A DNA stretch of 32,000 nt from Mycoplasmoides genitalium G37 (lineage in GTDB: Bacteria; Bacillota_I; Bacilli_A; Mycoplasmatales; Mycoplasmoidaceae): positions 60,001 through 92,000 of the forward strand of contig NC_000908.2 of the NCBI RefSeq assembly GCF_000027325.1, in the 5' to 3' direction. The stretch's first letter is position 1. Each line of letters begins with the position of its first letter. The position numbers and the translations under genes were made by a program. Below, piece after piece: positions 10,530-22,619 of this stretch. The notes beneath the pieces are model-generated. The model saw only the letters and a list, made by a program, of their open reading frames with translations. It searched no databases and was not told the DNA's origin.

Positions 10530-12572
10530 ATGTTTAAAAATTTATTAAGACCATCCCTATTTTTTAACTGGAGCCAAAAAACATTTAAAAATAAATTTTC
10601 GTTTTTAAAACAAGCAGCAAATGCATTACAAAAACAGGCTGTTATCAATGATAACAATGTTGCATTTGAAGCTTTAAAAAAGCGTGAAGAAGAGATTACA
10701 ACTGGAATTATTACTAGTTTAGCTTTACCTCACTTACAAAGTCAAAGTGTTATAGAACCTTTTGTTGCTGTATTTAAGGTTAAAAACTTAGATTGACAAT
10801 CATTAGATCAAAAACCAGTTAAATTGATATTTTTAATTGGTGTTCTTGTTGACAAAACCAATTTGCATCTTGATTTCATTAGTAACTTTTCCAAGTTAAT
10901 GTTGAATGAAACATTTGCAAGTAAGGTTTTAAATGTCACTAGCTATAACGGCTTGATTAAACTAATTGATCTTTTTAACCAACAAAAAGTGCAAGACCAA
11001 CCAGCTGTTGAAACAAAAAAAGAGTATGACTTTGTTGCTGTAACAGCATGCCCAACTGGCATTGCCCATACTTTCATGGCTAAAGAAGCGTTGGAAGCAT
11101 TTGCAAAAAAGCATAACTTATATGTAAAAGTTGAAACTCAAGGTACAGATGGGATACAAAATCAACTTACAAGTGACGATATTAATAACGCTAAAGGTGT
11201 TATTCTTGCTTGTGATCGTTTAATTGATTTCTCTAGGTTTTATGCAAATAAGAATGTGATTGAAGTGTCAACTACTAAAGCCATTAAAAAACCTGATGAG
11301 GTGTATGAATTAATTAAAAACCAAAAGGGTAAACAGCTTGCAAATAGTGCTAAACCAACTAATCAAACCCAATTAGCTGAAAGTGAAGGGGAATTCAACT
11401 TTAATAATTTTCACAAGCGGATTTATCGTGCCATTTTAAGTGGTGTTTCTTACATGCTACCATTCGTTGTTTTTGGTGGGATATTAATTGCACTCTCTTT
11501 TCTAATTGATATAAATAACGCTAATAATGCTGGTGGTAACTTTGGCACAATTAATCCTGTTGCTAACTGGTTAAATAAGCTAGGAGGAATTTCCTTTAGT
11601 TTAATTGTTCCTATCTTATCTGCATACATTGCATATGCATTGGTATCAAGACAGGGATTATTACCTGGTTTTGTTGTTGGTTTAATCTCTTCAGGACAAT
11701 TTTTATTAAATATTGTTCTGACCAATGGAACAATTGAATGGTTAGCACCATCACAAGTATCAAGTGGCTTTTTTGGTGCTATCTTTGGAGGACTTTTGAG
11801 TGCTTGCTTAATAATTGTTCAACAAAACTACATCTATAAAAAATTACCTCAATCTTTGCAGGGAATTAAAAACATCTTGTTTATTCCCTTGTTTGGTACT
11901 TTATTCACTGCTGGTTTATTTTGGGTTATTAACATTCCTTTAATTTATCTAAACTATGGATTAAGTCTGTTTTTAAATATTATGAACAGCCCTATCCTAG
12001 CACCTTTACTTGGTTTTGTAATTGGGTTGATGATGTGCTTTGATTTAGGGGGGCCAATTAATAAAGCAGCTTATGTTTTTGGTGTTGTTTCTTTACAAAA
12101 TCAAAATGCAGGAACAATTTCGATGGCTGCAGCTATGCTATCAGGGATGGTACCTCCTTTATCAATTGCTTTGGCAGCTTCCATTCGAAAGAGCTGCTTT
12201 GATAAACAGGAATTACCTGCAGCTTATGCTTGTTATCTGATGGGATTGAGTTTTATTAGTGAAGGTGCTATCCCATTTGTTGTTAAAAAACCTAAGGTGA
12301 TGTTAACTGCTAACTTAATTGCTGGAGCAATTTGTGGAGCATTAACAGGAGCATTTGCCTTATCAATTCGTGCTCCTCATGGCGGTGTTTTTGTGTTTGC
12401 ACTTTTAAAAACTACTTTACAAGGGATTGAAGGAGCTACATTACAAACTGGAGTTGGCATTGGTTTGGCATTGGTTTGTTTAATAATTAGTATGATAGTT
12501 GGTAGTAGTATTATCATTGGCTATGACTTGATTGCAAAACATAACCAAAGAAAGCAAAATCTGAATAGTTAA
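10530..12572 (+). CDS. fruA: PTS fructose-type transporter, EIIABC fusion
   Basis: 680 aa with TGA at 10794-10796. EIIA has LALPHLQ, EIIB has [20 protein letters not shown], and EIIC is a long multi-TM segment ending ...[11 protein letters not shown].... Confidence 0.93.
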
Positions 12573-13434
12573 TTACGCTTGCGCAATTGATTATTATGTT
12601 GATTTAAACAAGCAAAAAAATAGTGTTTTAATACCTGGTGGTAAGGGGATTAATGTTGCTATTGTAATGAAATCACTTGGTTTTGATCCAACTGTCATTA
12701 CTTTTTTGGGACAACCCACTAAAAACTTATTTTTAGAGTTGGTAAAACCTTATGATCTAAATATAGTTAGCTTCATTTCTGAAACTAAAACAAGAATTAA
12801 CCTTAAGTTATTAAAAGATGAAAAAACTACTGAAATTAATGATTTAAGTCCTTTAATAACAGATGCTAATCTAACTGAATTGTTAACTTTTTTAAAAGCT
12901 AATGTTAAGAATAATGATTTGGTTATCATCAACGGAAGATTTAAATTTGAAGCTTTAGAAAAAGTTCTAAACTTGGTCTTTACATTAACAGAAAATGTGG
13001 TTATAGATGTTGATGAAAGCAAAATGTTAACGCTTTTAAATCAGTCTAAACCACTAGTTATGAAACCTAACATTGATGAGTTTCAAACTATGATTAATAC
13101 TTTTTTTCACGATCAACAAAGCTTAATAGCAGCAATTAAAAAATTTCATTACTGTAAGCTCTTATTATTATCTGATGGTGACAAAGGAGCTTATCTTTTT
13201 GATCAGAATAAGTTATTGTTTGTAAGTTCTATCACTCCTAAACAAGTAGTTAGCACCACAGGAGCAGGTGATACTTTGTTGGCAGTTTTTTTAGCAAATT
13301 TGATTCTAAAGGTAGATTTAAAAACTGCTTTGATTAAAGCAACTAACTATGCAAGTGCAACAATTAGTAAGTTAGGTGTTGTTGATAGTAAAGACAAAAT
13401 TAGTGTTATAACCCCAAAAAGTTACTATTTATAA
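12523..13434 (+). CDS. fruK: 1-phosphofructokinase (PfkB family)
   Basis: Frame 1 extends upstream of track ORF 12667 through TGA(Trp): ...[42 protein letters not shown], with C-terminal [15 protein letters not shown]. Start codon uncertain: ATG 12523, TTG 12532 or ATA 12565. Confidence 0.85.
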
Positions 13435-13441
13435 TTAATAT

Positions 13442-13648
13442 TTGATGGTAAAAAGAAAGCGAAAGCCTAAGCTTAATTCGCGTAATATTTTAACTATCCA
13501 GATTGTTTTAACAATCTTTAGTATGATCTTTTTTCTTACTTTGCTATCTTTAATCTTGTTTTTGAGTTTGCAAAGTAATTTAGCTACAGCTTTAGTTGAA
13601 AACAGAAATAAAGCTGTGGAACTTGTAGATAACATTGTCTTTTTTTAA
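13442..13648 (+). CDS. Small single-TM hypothetical protein (67-68 aa)
   Basis: MVKRKRKPKLNSRNILTIQIVLTIFSMIFFLTLLSLILFLSLQSNL...: basic N-terminus then a strong hydrophobic segment. Fills the gap between fruK and the ABC permease. Confidence 0.45.
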   Translation: MMVKRKRKPKLNSRNILTIQIVLTIFSMIFFLTLLSLILFLSLQSNLATALVENRNKAVELVDNIVFF

Positions 13649-13689
13649 AAGAACTGATTTTTAAATTTGTCTCTGACTAATTTATTAGT

Positions 13690-16600
13690 GTGTTAAACCT
13701 AATTAAAAATGTTATTCGTTCTTTAAAGAGTGCTAAGATTGCTTTAATAGCGTTAACTTTTTTAATTTTTGTTGCTGTTGGTGGTTTTGTGTTGTTAAAT
13801 AACACAGTTAATAATTTTAACGCTGCTTTTAACTATGTCACCCACACTGGTAAATTAAGCAATGCCATCATTAATGAGCGTTATGACTTTGGTAAATTAG
13901 AGTTTCAAGAACAGACCAATAATTCTCAGAATAGTAGCGACAGTTTTACTTTAACTTTAACTAATGATTCAAGAACAAGTTTTATTAATAATGCCTTGAG
14001 AACTAACCCTTCTTTGTATGAAGGATTAGTAACCCAAACTTTTAGCTATCAAAACAAAACTGAAATGACTGAAAAAACCAATATAGTTAATCAGTCTAAA
14101 ATTATTGCTGCTAACAATCTTAACAATGCATTAAGTAAAGATAAACAGCTCTTAGTTTCAGGTCAACTTGAAAAACTAAATGCTGTTTTTCGGGAATATA
14201 AAGCTATTAATATTACTGACAAAAGTGTTTTTAAAAAATTGATAGTATCAGAACCTAATGATTTGGTAAATAGCCTAGTTATTTTTGATGGTCAAAATTT
14301 ATCTAGCTCCAAACAAAGTGATTTCAATAATTTTTTAAATCAATTTAACGAAATTAAATCAAAGGGTAAAGATAATTTAAGTACTACTTTAAAAACTGGG
14401 CAGTATCAGGCATTTTTACAAACTCTTTTTGATTATGCTCAAGCGAGTGAAACAACATTAAAAGATCAGCTTCAAAAGTTAATTTCAAATCCAGATTCAA
14501 GTGAAACAAATCAGGTTAAAAATCTCTTTGATACTCCAAGTACGCTTACTAATATTGGGGGTCAATTAACCTTACAATGAACAGAAAATAGCCTAACAAA
14601 ACAGATAGTTATCTTTGATCCTAGTAGTTATGAAACAATAGTCGCTCCTGGTAACTGAACTTATCAACAACAATTAGGTAAAGAAGTTTATCCTGATATT
14701 AACAACTGAGAAAGTATTAAAAAACTACCACTTGAACAATTTGAAAGTGAATTTTTAAAAATTGATCAAAAGTATAAGATCAGTATTGATAATATCGATT
14801 ATTTAGTTATTGGGGTTGGAATTAGTCCAGATTTTGTTTATCCTGTTTTTAGTGCATCTTTAATTGTTCCTAACATTGAAAATGAACAACTTTACTATGT
14901 TAACCAAACTGGATATGAAAGAACTTTTTCCTCTTTTTTAACAAATCCAGTTGAAACAGCAATAGTAGCAAGATTGATTAATCTTGAAAGTGATCTTAAT
15001 ACTATCAACCAGTGAGCTGTTGAAAACATGTCATGACCAACAAACATTAAAGCTGCATACAGTAGTTCTGATACCACTAATATTTTGAATTTATTAGCAG
15101 CAAGAACAGTTTTTATCCCTAATCTAATTAACACAATTAATTTAGTGGCTTTGTTTTTAACTATTGCTATCCTAACTGTTGCTATAATTGTCAGCATTTT
15201 AATCCTGATTAGTTATTTAAAGAAAAACACTGAGCAAATTGGCATTTTAAAAGCAAATGGGTTAAGTGGTAAAAAGATTAACCTTAGCTTGTTAATCTTT
15301 GGGTTAATTCCTGCTATAGTAGGTGCTATTTCTGGATATAGCTTTGGAATTGGATTTCAAGACGTAGCTATTCATCTATTTAGTAACTATTGATTTATAC
15401 CAACAGCAACATCAAGTTTTTCAGTAGTAGGATTGTTGTTTTTTTCACTGTTTGTTATCTTAATTATGAGTAGTATATCGCTTTTAGTGGGATCAATTAT
15501 CTTAAAGAAGGATGTTGTAAAGATTTTAAAGCATGACAGTGAATTTAAAGTTTCAAGATTAGGACTTAGTTCTAAGAAATTGTTTGCTAGGTTTGGTATT
15601 ATGACCAGGTTTAGAGTAGCATTAGCATTTAACGCTCCTTGAAAATTAGTTTTTCTAACCTTGATGAGTTCATTTACAATGATGATTTTAAACCTTAGTT
15701 TTGCAACTAAAGATAGCTTTGAAAATGCTCAATCAAAAACTAATTTAACTAATCAGAACCACCAATATGAATTTGAACTCGCTTCAGCAACAACACAAAG
15801 TGGTTTATTGAAGTGACAGTTATTTGCAGAACTAGGTACAACTGATAAAAGAAGTGAAAGTAGTGTAAAGCTTGCAAATAAAAGGATGGATATTAGTAAT
15901 GTTGATGCATCTAAAGATTGAAAGAACCAACAAGTAATTAATTTTTTAAGCGATGCTAGTGGCTTTAGTAATGATTTAAATTACCTTGAAAACATTGTTC
16001 AATCCAAGATAGGTTTAGACTATTCATTGGGATTTAACAATATTGTTTCAAATCCCTGAAGGTTAAGTGAAACATTAATGCCAACTAACCAAGCATCTGC
16101 TTCCAACACTGCTTTTCAAAATTTTTTAAAAGCAATCATTACTATAAATCCAAGCCAAGGATCGCAATTCATTAAACAAACCCAAGATCCATTAACAAAA
16201 AGATTTATCTATGCAATTGACAGTGATAAGGCATTAAAAAATAATAATGAACAAAACGGTTCCCAAAACCACTTAACTTTAAATGATGATTTTGCTAAAT
16301 TTCTCTACAGTCAATTTGAATTAATTAAAAAGAGTGGGAATGCAAGTAATGAAGATTTAAATGCAATTGATTTTGAAAACCCCCAAACAATCAGAGATTT
16401 TTACAACAAGTACAATGCTTTACCACCATTAGATTACAAACTTAGCTTTAATGTAATAGGTTTACCCAAAGAGACAATTGCTGGACAAATTGACACCCCT
16501 AAGTATGGATTTTTAACCCTTCATGGTGAATATCAAAATACTCCTATCAAGATTAAAGGTATTAAAGATTGAAAAGATAAAGTGGATAATTTAGGTCCAG

Positions 16601-17685
16601 TTTTGAGTGATCAAAACAACCACATTATTAATCAAGAATTGTTTAAAAATTATTCTTTTGATCCTTTGATAGTTAACAATTCTGCTGCAAAAAAATACCA
16701 ACTTGCAATAGGTAGTGAGATTAATATTGCAGTTAACAACAGCTTCAAACGGATTGACAATAAGATCATTAATCAAGATCCTTTAGTGAATGCTACCTTT
16801 AGAGTTGTAGGGATTAACAATTCCGCTCATGATCCTGAATTTTTCACTAGTTATAGTACTGCTTTTAAAGTATTGGAATATCCCAATGAATGGTTCGTAA
16901 AAAAACTTCCATTTAATAGCTTCTATGCTAATTCGCTTTTAAGTTTTGTTCAATCTACTTCGCTATTTTCTGAATCTGGTATTTTTCCTGCTACTAGTAG
17001 TTTTTCAACTAATAACACTGTACTTGTTGAGTTAATTAAAAAAACCATTAATTACAAGAATGGTCAAATGAATCAAACTTCAAGTAATGACTCTTCTAAG
17101 AAAGAAAATTACCAAAAATTGCAAAAAGCATTAGGAATATCAACTGATTTGGAGATTAGTAAAGTTAATGAATATGTTGCTATCTTAGCAAGGGTTTATA
17201 ATGGTTTACCTTACAACTCTACTATTAGCTTTATTAGCAATGTTGCTGCTAACAACGCTTTATTTGGAAATATTGCTAACACCACCAAGCAGATTCAAGC
17301 TGTTGTAATTGCAGTGATTATTCCTATAATCATGTTGATTATTCTTTTGGTTTCAACTACCTTAATTCAAGAGTTGAAAAAAATTGCTATTAGATTAAAA
17401 GCATTGGGATATTCCAATTTAAAAATTCTCGCTTCATTTTTATCAATATACATCCCTTTATTTGCCTTTGGTTTGTTGATTTCTATCCCCTTTTCTATCT
17501 ATCTAATTGCACTACATAATGAGGTAATTTTTGCAAGCTCATCGATCTTTTTAGATGCTTTTTTAAGTTTTGAAAGTGCAATTGGTTCAATGTTAGTTTT
17601 ACTAGCGGTTTTATCAATTACCTTTGTGTTGAATTGATTAGAGTTGAACAAAATTAAGATTGACAAGGAAATCAAAAACTCCTAA
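13690..17685 (+). CDS. Very large FtsX/MacB-like ABC transporter permease, 1331 aa
   Basis: One frame through many TGAs, joining ORFs 13690..14580, 15085..15393, 15433..15642, 16078..16572 and 16582..17637, stop at 17683-17685. FtsX-like TM blocks with [20 protein letters not shown] and [19 protein letters not shown]. Directly upstream of an ATPase gene. Confidence 0.85.
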
Positions 17686-19085
17686 TGGATTTTTTCTCTT
17701 TAAACAAAATCATAAAACCCAACCAGAAATTCACTAGTAATGAAGCTGAATTTCTACAGATAGCTACTGATTATTTGGAGGAAAGTCAAAACTATCTTCA
17801 AAAGGGTTTAAAGCAATTAAAAAAAGAATATAAAAGATCCATTATTTATAACCCTAACCTTGAATATAAACGCTTTGTTAAATGAAAAGAAAATTTCACT
17901 GAAACATTTGAAAGTTATTATGACAGGTTTTTTATTACCAAATACAACCATTATTCACTAAGCTTACTTTTTAGCTTTATTAATGAACAGATTGAAACAG
18001 TTATTGCTAGTTACAACTCATTTCTAAATGAGCATAATAAGTTAGCTTTTAATAAAGTTAGTTTTAGTTTTGAAAAGAAACTTTTTGAAGCTACACAACA
18101 GTTTAATAACTTAGAAAAAAACACTGCTATTAGTGATGATTTACCGCTCCAGTTTAAAGTTAGAACAACTCAACTAAAAGCCCAAAGAGAAAGGGAATTG
18201 AAGAACTTGTTGAATAAAATCAAGCTTAAAAATTTAAGTGAAAAAAAACAAGAAATTTTGTTAAATAACTGGTTTAATAGCAACGAACGTTTGTTTTTAA
18301 AAAATGAAGTGAAAAAGGTTAATTGACTAAACTCGCCAAGACAAAAACAACAAGCAGCTCAAATTGATGATCAAAACATTATTGAATTGAAAAATGTGTA
18401 TAAATACATCACTAATGGCATTACTACAAATGCAGTTCTTAAAGGAGTTGATCTTGCCATTAAAAGTCATGATTTTATTGTGATTTTAGGCCCTTCAGGA
18501 TCTGGTAAAACCACATTACTAAACATTATTTCAGGGATGGATAGAGCTTCTAGTGGTAGTGTTATTGTCAATGGTTATAACATGATTTGTTTAAATGATA
18601 GAAAGCTCACTAAATTCCGTCAAAAGTATGTTGGTTACATCTTTCAACAATACGGTTTATTACCTAATTTAACAGTTAGAGAAAACATTGAGATAGGAGC
18701 AAATCTTCAACCAGATCCTAGTAAAAGGATCAGCATTGATGCACTTTTAGAAGCGGTTGGGATGGATAGTTTGCAAAAGAAGCTTCCTAATGAATTGAGT
18801 GGTGGGCAACAGCAACGTGTTTCCATTGCAAGAGCTTTTGCTAAAAACCCCTTATTAATTTTTGGTGATGAACCTACTGGGGCACTTGATCTTGAGATGA
18901 CCCAAATTGTTTTAAAACAGTTTTTAGCAATTAAAAAGCGTTATCAAACGACAATGATTATTGTTACCCACAACAATTTAATTGCTAACTTAGCTGATTT
19001 AGTTATCTATGTAGCAGATGGAAAAATAAAATCACTACACAGGAACTTAAATCCTAAACAGGTTGAAGAGATCCATTGAATTTAG
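17685..19085 (+). CDS. ABC transporter ATP-binding protein with long N-terminal extension
   Basis: 466 aa. Walker A GPSGSGKTTLL, signature LSGGQQQRVSIARAF, Walker B LLIFGDEP. TAATG overlap with the permease. TGAs at 17883, one in the linker before the ATPase domain, and 19077 are read as Trp. Confidence 0.9.
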
Positions 19086-19088
19086 ATT

Positions 19089-21035
19089 ATGAAATACTTA
19101 TATGCCACTCAACACCTTACTTTAAATGCTATTAAGCATGCTAAGGGAGGACATGTTGGCATGGCCATTGGTGCAAGTCCTATCTTATTTAGTTTATTTA
19201 CTAAACACTTTCACTTTGATCCTGACCAACCAAAGTGGATCAACAGAGATCGCTTTGTTTTAAGTGCTGGCCATGGTAGCATGGCATTATATTCAATTTT
19301 CCATTTTGCCGGACTTATTTCTAAACAAGAGATCTTACAGCATAAACATGGTCAAATTAACACTTCTTCCCATCCTGAATATGCTCCAAATAACTTCATA
19401 GATGCATCAACAGGCCCTTTAGGTCAAGGCTTTGGCATGGCAGTTGGCATGGTGTTAGCACAAAAGTTATTAGCTAATGAATTTAAAGAGCTAAGTGATA
19501 AATTGTTTGACCATTACACCTATGTGGTTGTTGGGGATGGAGATCTACAGGAGGGGGTTAGTTATGAAGTTAGTCAAATTGCTGGGTTATATAAATTAAA
19601 TAAACTAATTGTGCTTCATGATTCAAATAGAGTGCAAATGGATAGTGAAGTAAAAAAAGTTGCTAATGAAAATCTAAAGGTTAGGTTTGAAAACGTTGGT
19701 TGGAATTACATCCATACTGATGATCAACTAGAAAATATTGATCAAGCTATTATTAAAGCCAAACAATCAGATAAGCCAACTTTTATTGAAGTGAGAACAA
19801 CTATTGCTAAAAACACCCACCTTGAAGATCAGTATGGAGGACATTGGTTTATTCCCAATGAAGTGGACTTTCAACTTTTTGAGAAAAGAACAAATACTAA
19901 CTTTAACTTTTTTAATTATCCAGATAGTATTTACCACTGATTCAAACAAACTGTTATTGAAAGACAAAAACAAATTAAAGAAGATTACAACAATTTGCTA
20001 ATTTCTCTTAAAGACAAACCACTTTTTAAAAAATTTACTAATTGGATTGACAGTGATTTTCAAGCCCTTTATCTTAACCAACTAGATGAAAAGAAAGTAG
20101 CAAAAAAAGATAGTGCTACTAGAAACTATTTAAAAGATTTTTTAAACCAAATTAATAATCCTAATTCCAACTTGTATTGCTTAAATGCTGATGTATCACG
20201 TTCTTGTTTTATCAAGATAGGTGATGATAATCTCCATGAAAATCCTTGTTCTAGAAATATCCAAATAGGAATTAGGGAGTTTGCAATGGCAACAATAATG
20301 AATGGTATGGCACTTCATGGTGGTATTAAAGTGATGGGTGGTACTTTTTTAGCATTTGCTGATTATTCAAAGCCAGCAATTCGCTTAGGTGCATTAATGA
20401 ACTTACCAGTATTTTATGTTTATACCCATGACTCTTATCAAGTAGGGGGTGATGGTCCTACTCATCAACCCTATGATCAACTACCAATGTTAAGAGCAAT
20501 TGAAAATGTTTGTGTATTTCGTCCTTGTGATGAAAAGGAAACTTGTGCTGGATTTAACTATGGTCTTTTAAGTCAAGATCAGACAACTGTTTTGGTTTTA
20601 ACACGTCAACCCTTAAAATCCATTGATAACACTGATAGTTTAAAAACACTGAAGGGTGGTTATATCCTTTTGGATAGAAAACAACCTGATTTAATTATTG
20701 CTGCTAGTGGTAGTGAAGTGCAACTTGCAATAGAGTTTGAAAAAGTTTTAACTAAACAAAATGTAAAGGTAAGAATTCTGTCAGTTCCCAATATAACTTT
20801 ACTTTTAAAACAAGATGAAAAATATCTAAAGAGTTTATTTGATGCTAACAGTTCACTTATCACCATAGAAGCTAGTAGTAGCTATGAGTGGTTTTGCTTT
20901 AAGAAGTATGTTAAAAACCATGCTCATTTAGGAGCTTTTAGTTTTGGTGAATCTGATGATGGAGATAAAGTTTATCAGCAAAAAGGGTTTAATCTGGAAA
21001 GGTTAATGAAAATATTTACTTCCCTAAGAAATTAA
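19089..21035 (+). CDS. tkt: Transketolase
   Basis: 648 aa through TGA at 19938-19940. GHVGMAIGASPI, LSAGHGSMALYS, TGPLGQGFGMAVGM, VVVGDGDLQEGVSYEV, THDSYQVGGDGPTHQP. Confidence 0.95.
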
Positions 21036-21045
21036 AATTATCTTA

Positions 21046-22596
21046 ATGTTGTATAGGTTTTGAAAAACAGGATTGGCAATTTTTATGCCTGGTTGCATCT
21101 TACTTTCATCCTGTTCTTTTAGAAGTTATATCCCAACTCCTAGTTTAAGAAATACTGTTGGTAATCACAACAGTTATGTTAATAATACTGTCCCTAAAAA
21201 CAATTTTTATGAAAAGTTTTATGATCTAACTTTTGCTTTAAATTTCACTAATCAGAAAACTCAAGAGTTTGGTACTGGTTGGTTAATTGACTGAAAAGGA
21301 GATGAAACTAAAGATCTTAATACATTAACTATTGCTAGTTCTTCTATTATTTCCTCTGTAAGTAATCATTCTTTAAAAGAAAAACAAGATGACAAGCTTT
21401 TTATTGCTTATATTGCCACCAATTTACATCTGATAGATGGTTTAAAGAATGATCATGATTATCAACCATACAATAAAGATGGAAATGGTCTTAGTTTTCC
21501 ATTTGATCAAAAAACCCAATCATTCTTATTGGGTAGGTTTGCCAATCCTAAGATAAATTCCAAACCAGAAGAGATGAACTACCAAGTTCAAACTCGTTTA
21601 AAACAAGATGCAATGGTGTTTATCCAAACCAGTACTTTACCTAAAACTGCTTATGCAGGAATTGATCCTATTAACTTTGATTACCATGAAACTAGTGATG
21701 AGAGTGGATTTTGAACTAAAAAACAAAGCACTGCAAACTTCCCTAGAACAAGAACATTAAAAAGTTATGCTGATTTTGCAGTTTTAGAGGTACCCTTATT
21801 CTTAGATAATGCTAATGATGCCAAGATTTATCAAGAGTGAATTAGACCAGCAGTTCAAGCTTATAAGGAGCTAGGGGATGTTGAAAATATTTTTGCTAAA
21901 ACCCCATACGCTGAATATATTAATAACACCTACTACTTATTGGGTTATCCTGTTACTAATAACAATAAGTATCAGTTTATCTTAGGTCAAGATGAAAAGT
22001 GAAAGTTTTCTCAACAAACTTCTGTATTAAAGCACTATCAAAAACAACCTCTTCAACAAAGAACAGTTTATGTTGAACGTGATGATGGTCTTCCTACATT
22101 AACTTTTAATGAAGATAAACTCACTCATGTTCAAGGTACTGATCTAATTAATGTTGATCAGATTACCGATACTAATTTAGGAAATGGCTTAATAAATTAT
22201 GCTGGTTTATCACGCTTTACTTTAAGCTATCACAATGTTGAATATAAGTTATTTGGTTATGGCACTATTTTAAATAATACTAATTTTCCAGGTGGATCTT
22301 CTGGTAGTGCTGTTTTCAACAAGGAAAAACAACTAACAAGTATTTACTTTGGTTCACTGATTAATGTAACAACTGGAAATAACAGGAATGTTAATTTAGG
22401 TTTGGGTCAAATTCTTCGTACTTATAACACTAATAATAGTAAGCACAGTGCACCATCATCATATGATTTAATTTTTGGTGATAAAAACACCATCAAGTTT
22501 TATGCACAGTTTGCAAAAGAAAAGCAAACTCATCTTTGAAATAAAATTCAAACATCTGTTAACTCTTCAATCAGCTTTTACAAAGACAAAAAATAA
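21046..22596 (+). CDS. Lipoprotein with DUF31-like/trypsin-like putative peptidase domain, 516 aa
   Basis: Starts at ATG 21046, upstream of the track ORF and through a TGA: MLYRFWKTGLAIFMPGCILLSSCSF, lipobox LSSC. Has FGTGWLIDW, ATNLHLIDG, YADFAVLEVPLF and PGGSSGSAVFN. Paralog of the next gene. Confidence 0.87.
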
Positions 22597-22619
22597 TAAT
22601 TAACTAACAATTTGTATTT

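Noticed and set aside
11450-11725. Minus-strand ORF inside fruA
   Set aside because: Antisense shadow of EIIC coding sequence.
12750-13022. Minus-strand ORF inside fruK
   Set aside because: Antisense shadow of the kinase ORF.
13435-13635. Minus-strand 66 aa ORF
   Set aside because: Antisense to the small plus-strand TM ORF; the plus strand has the better basic/TM pattern and is co-directional with its neighbours.
14895-15197. Minus-strand ORF inside the ABC permease
   Set aside because: The complement of a continuous code-4 permease ORF.
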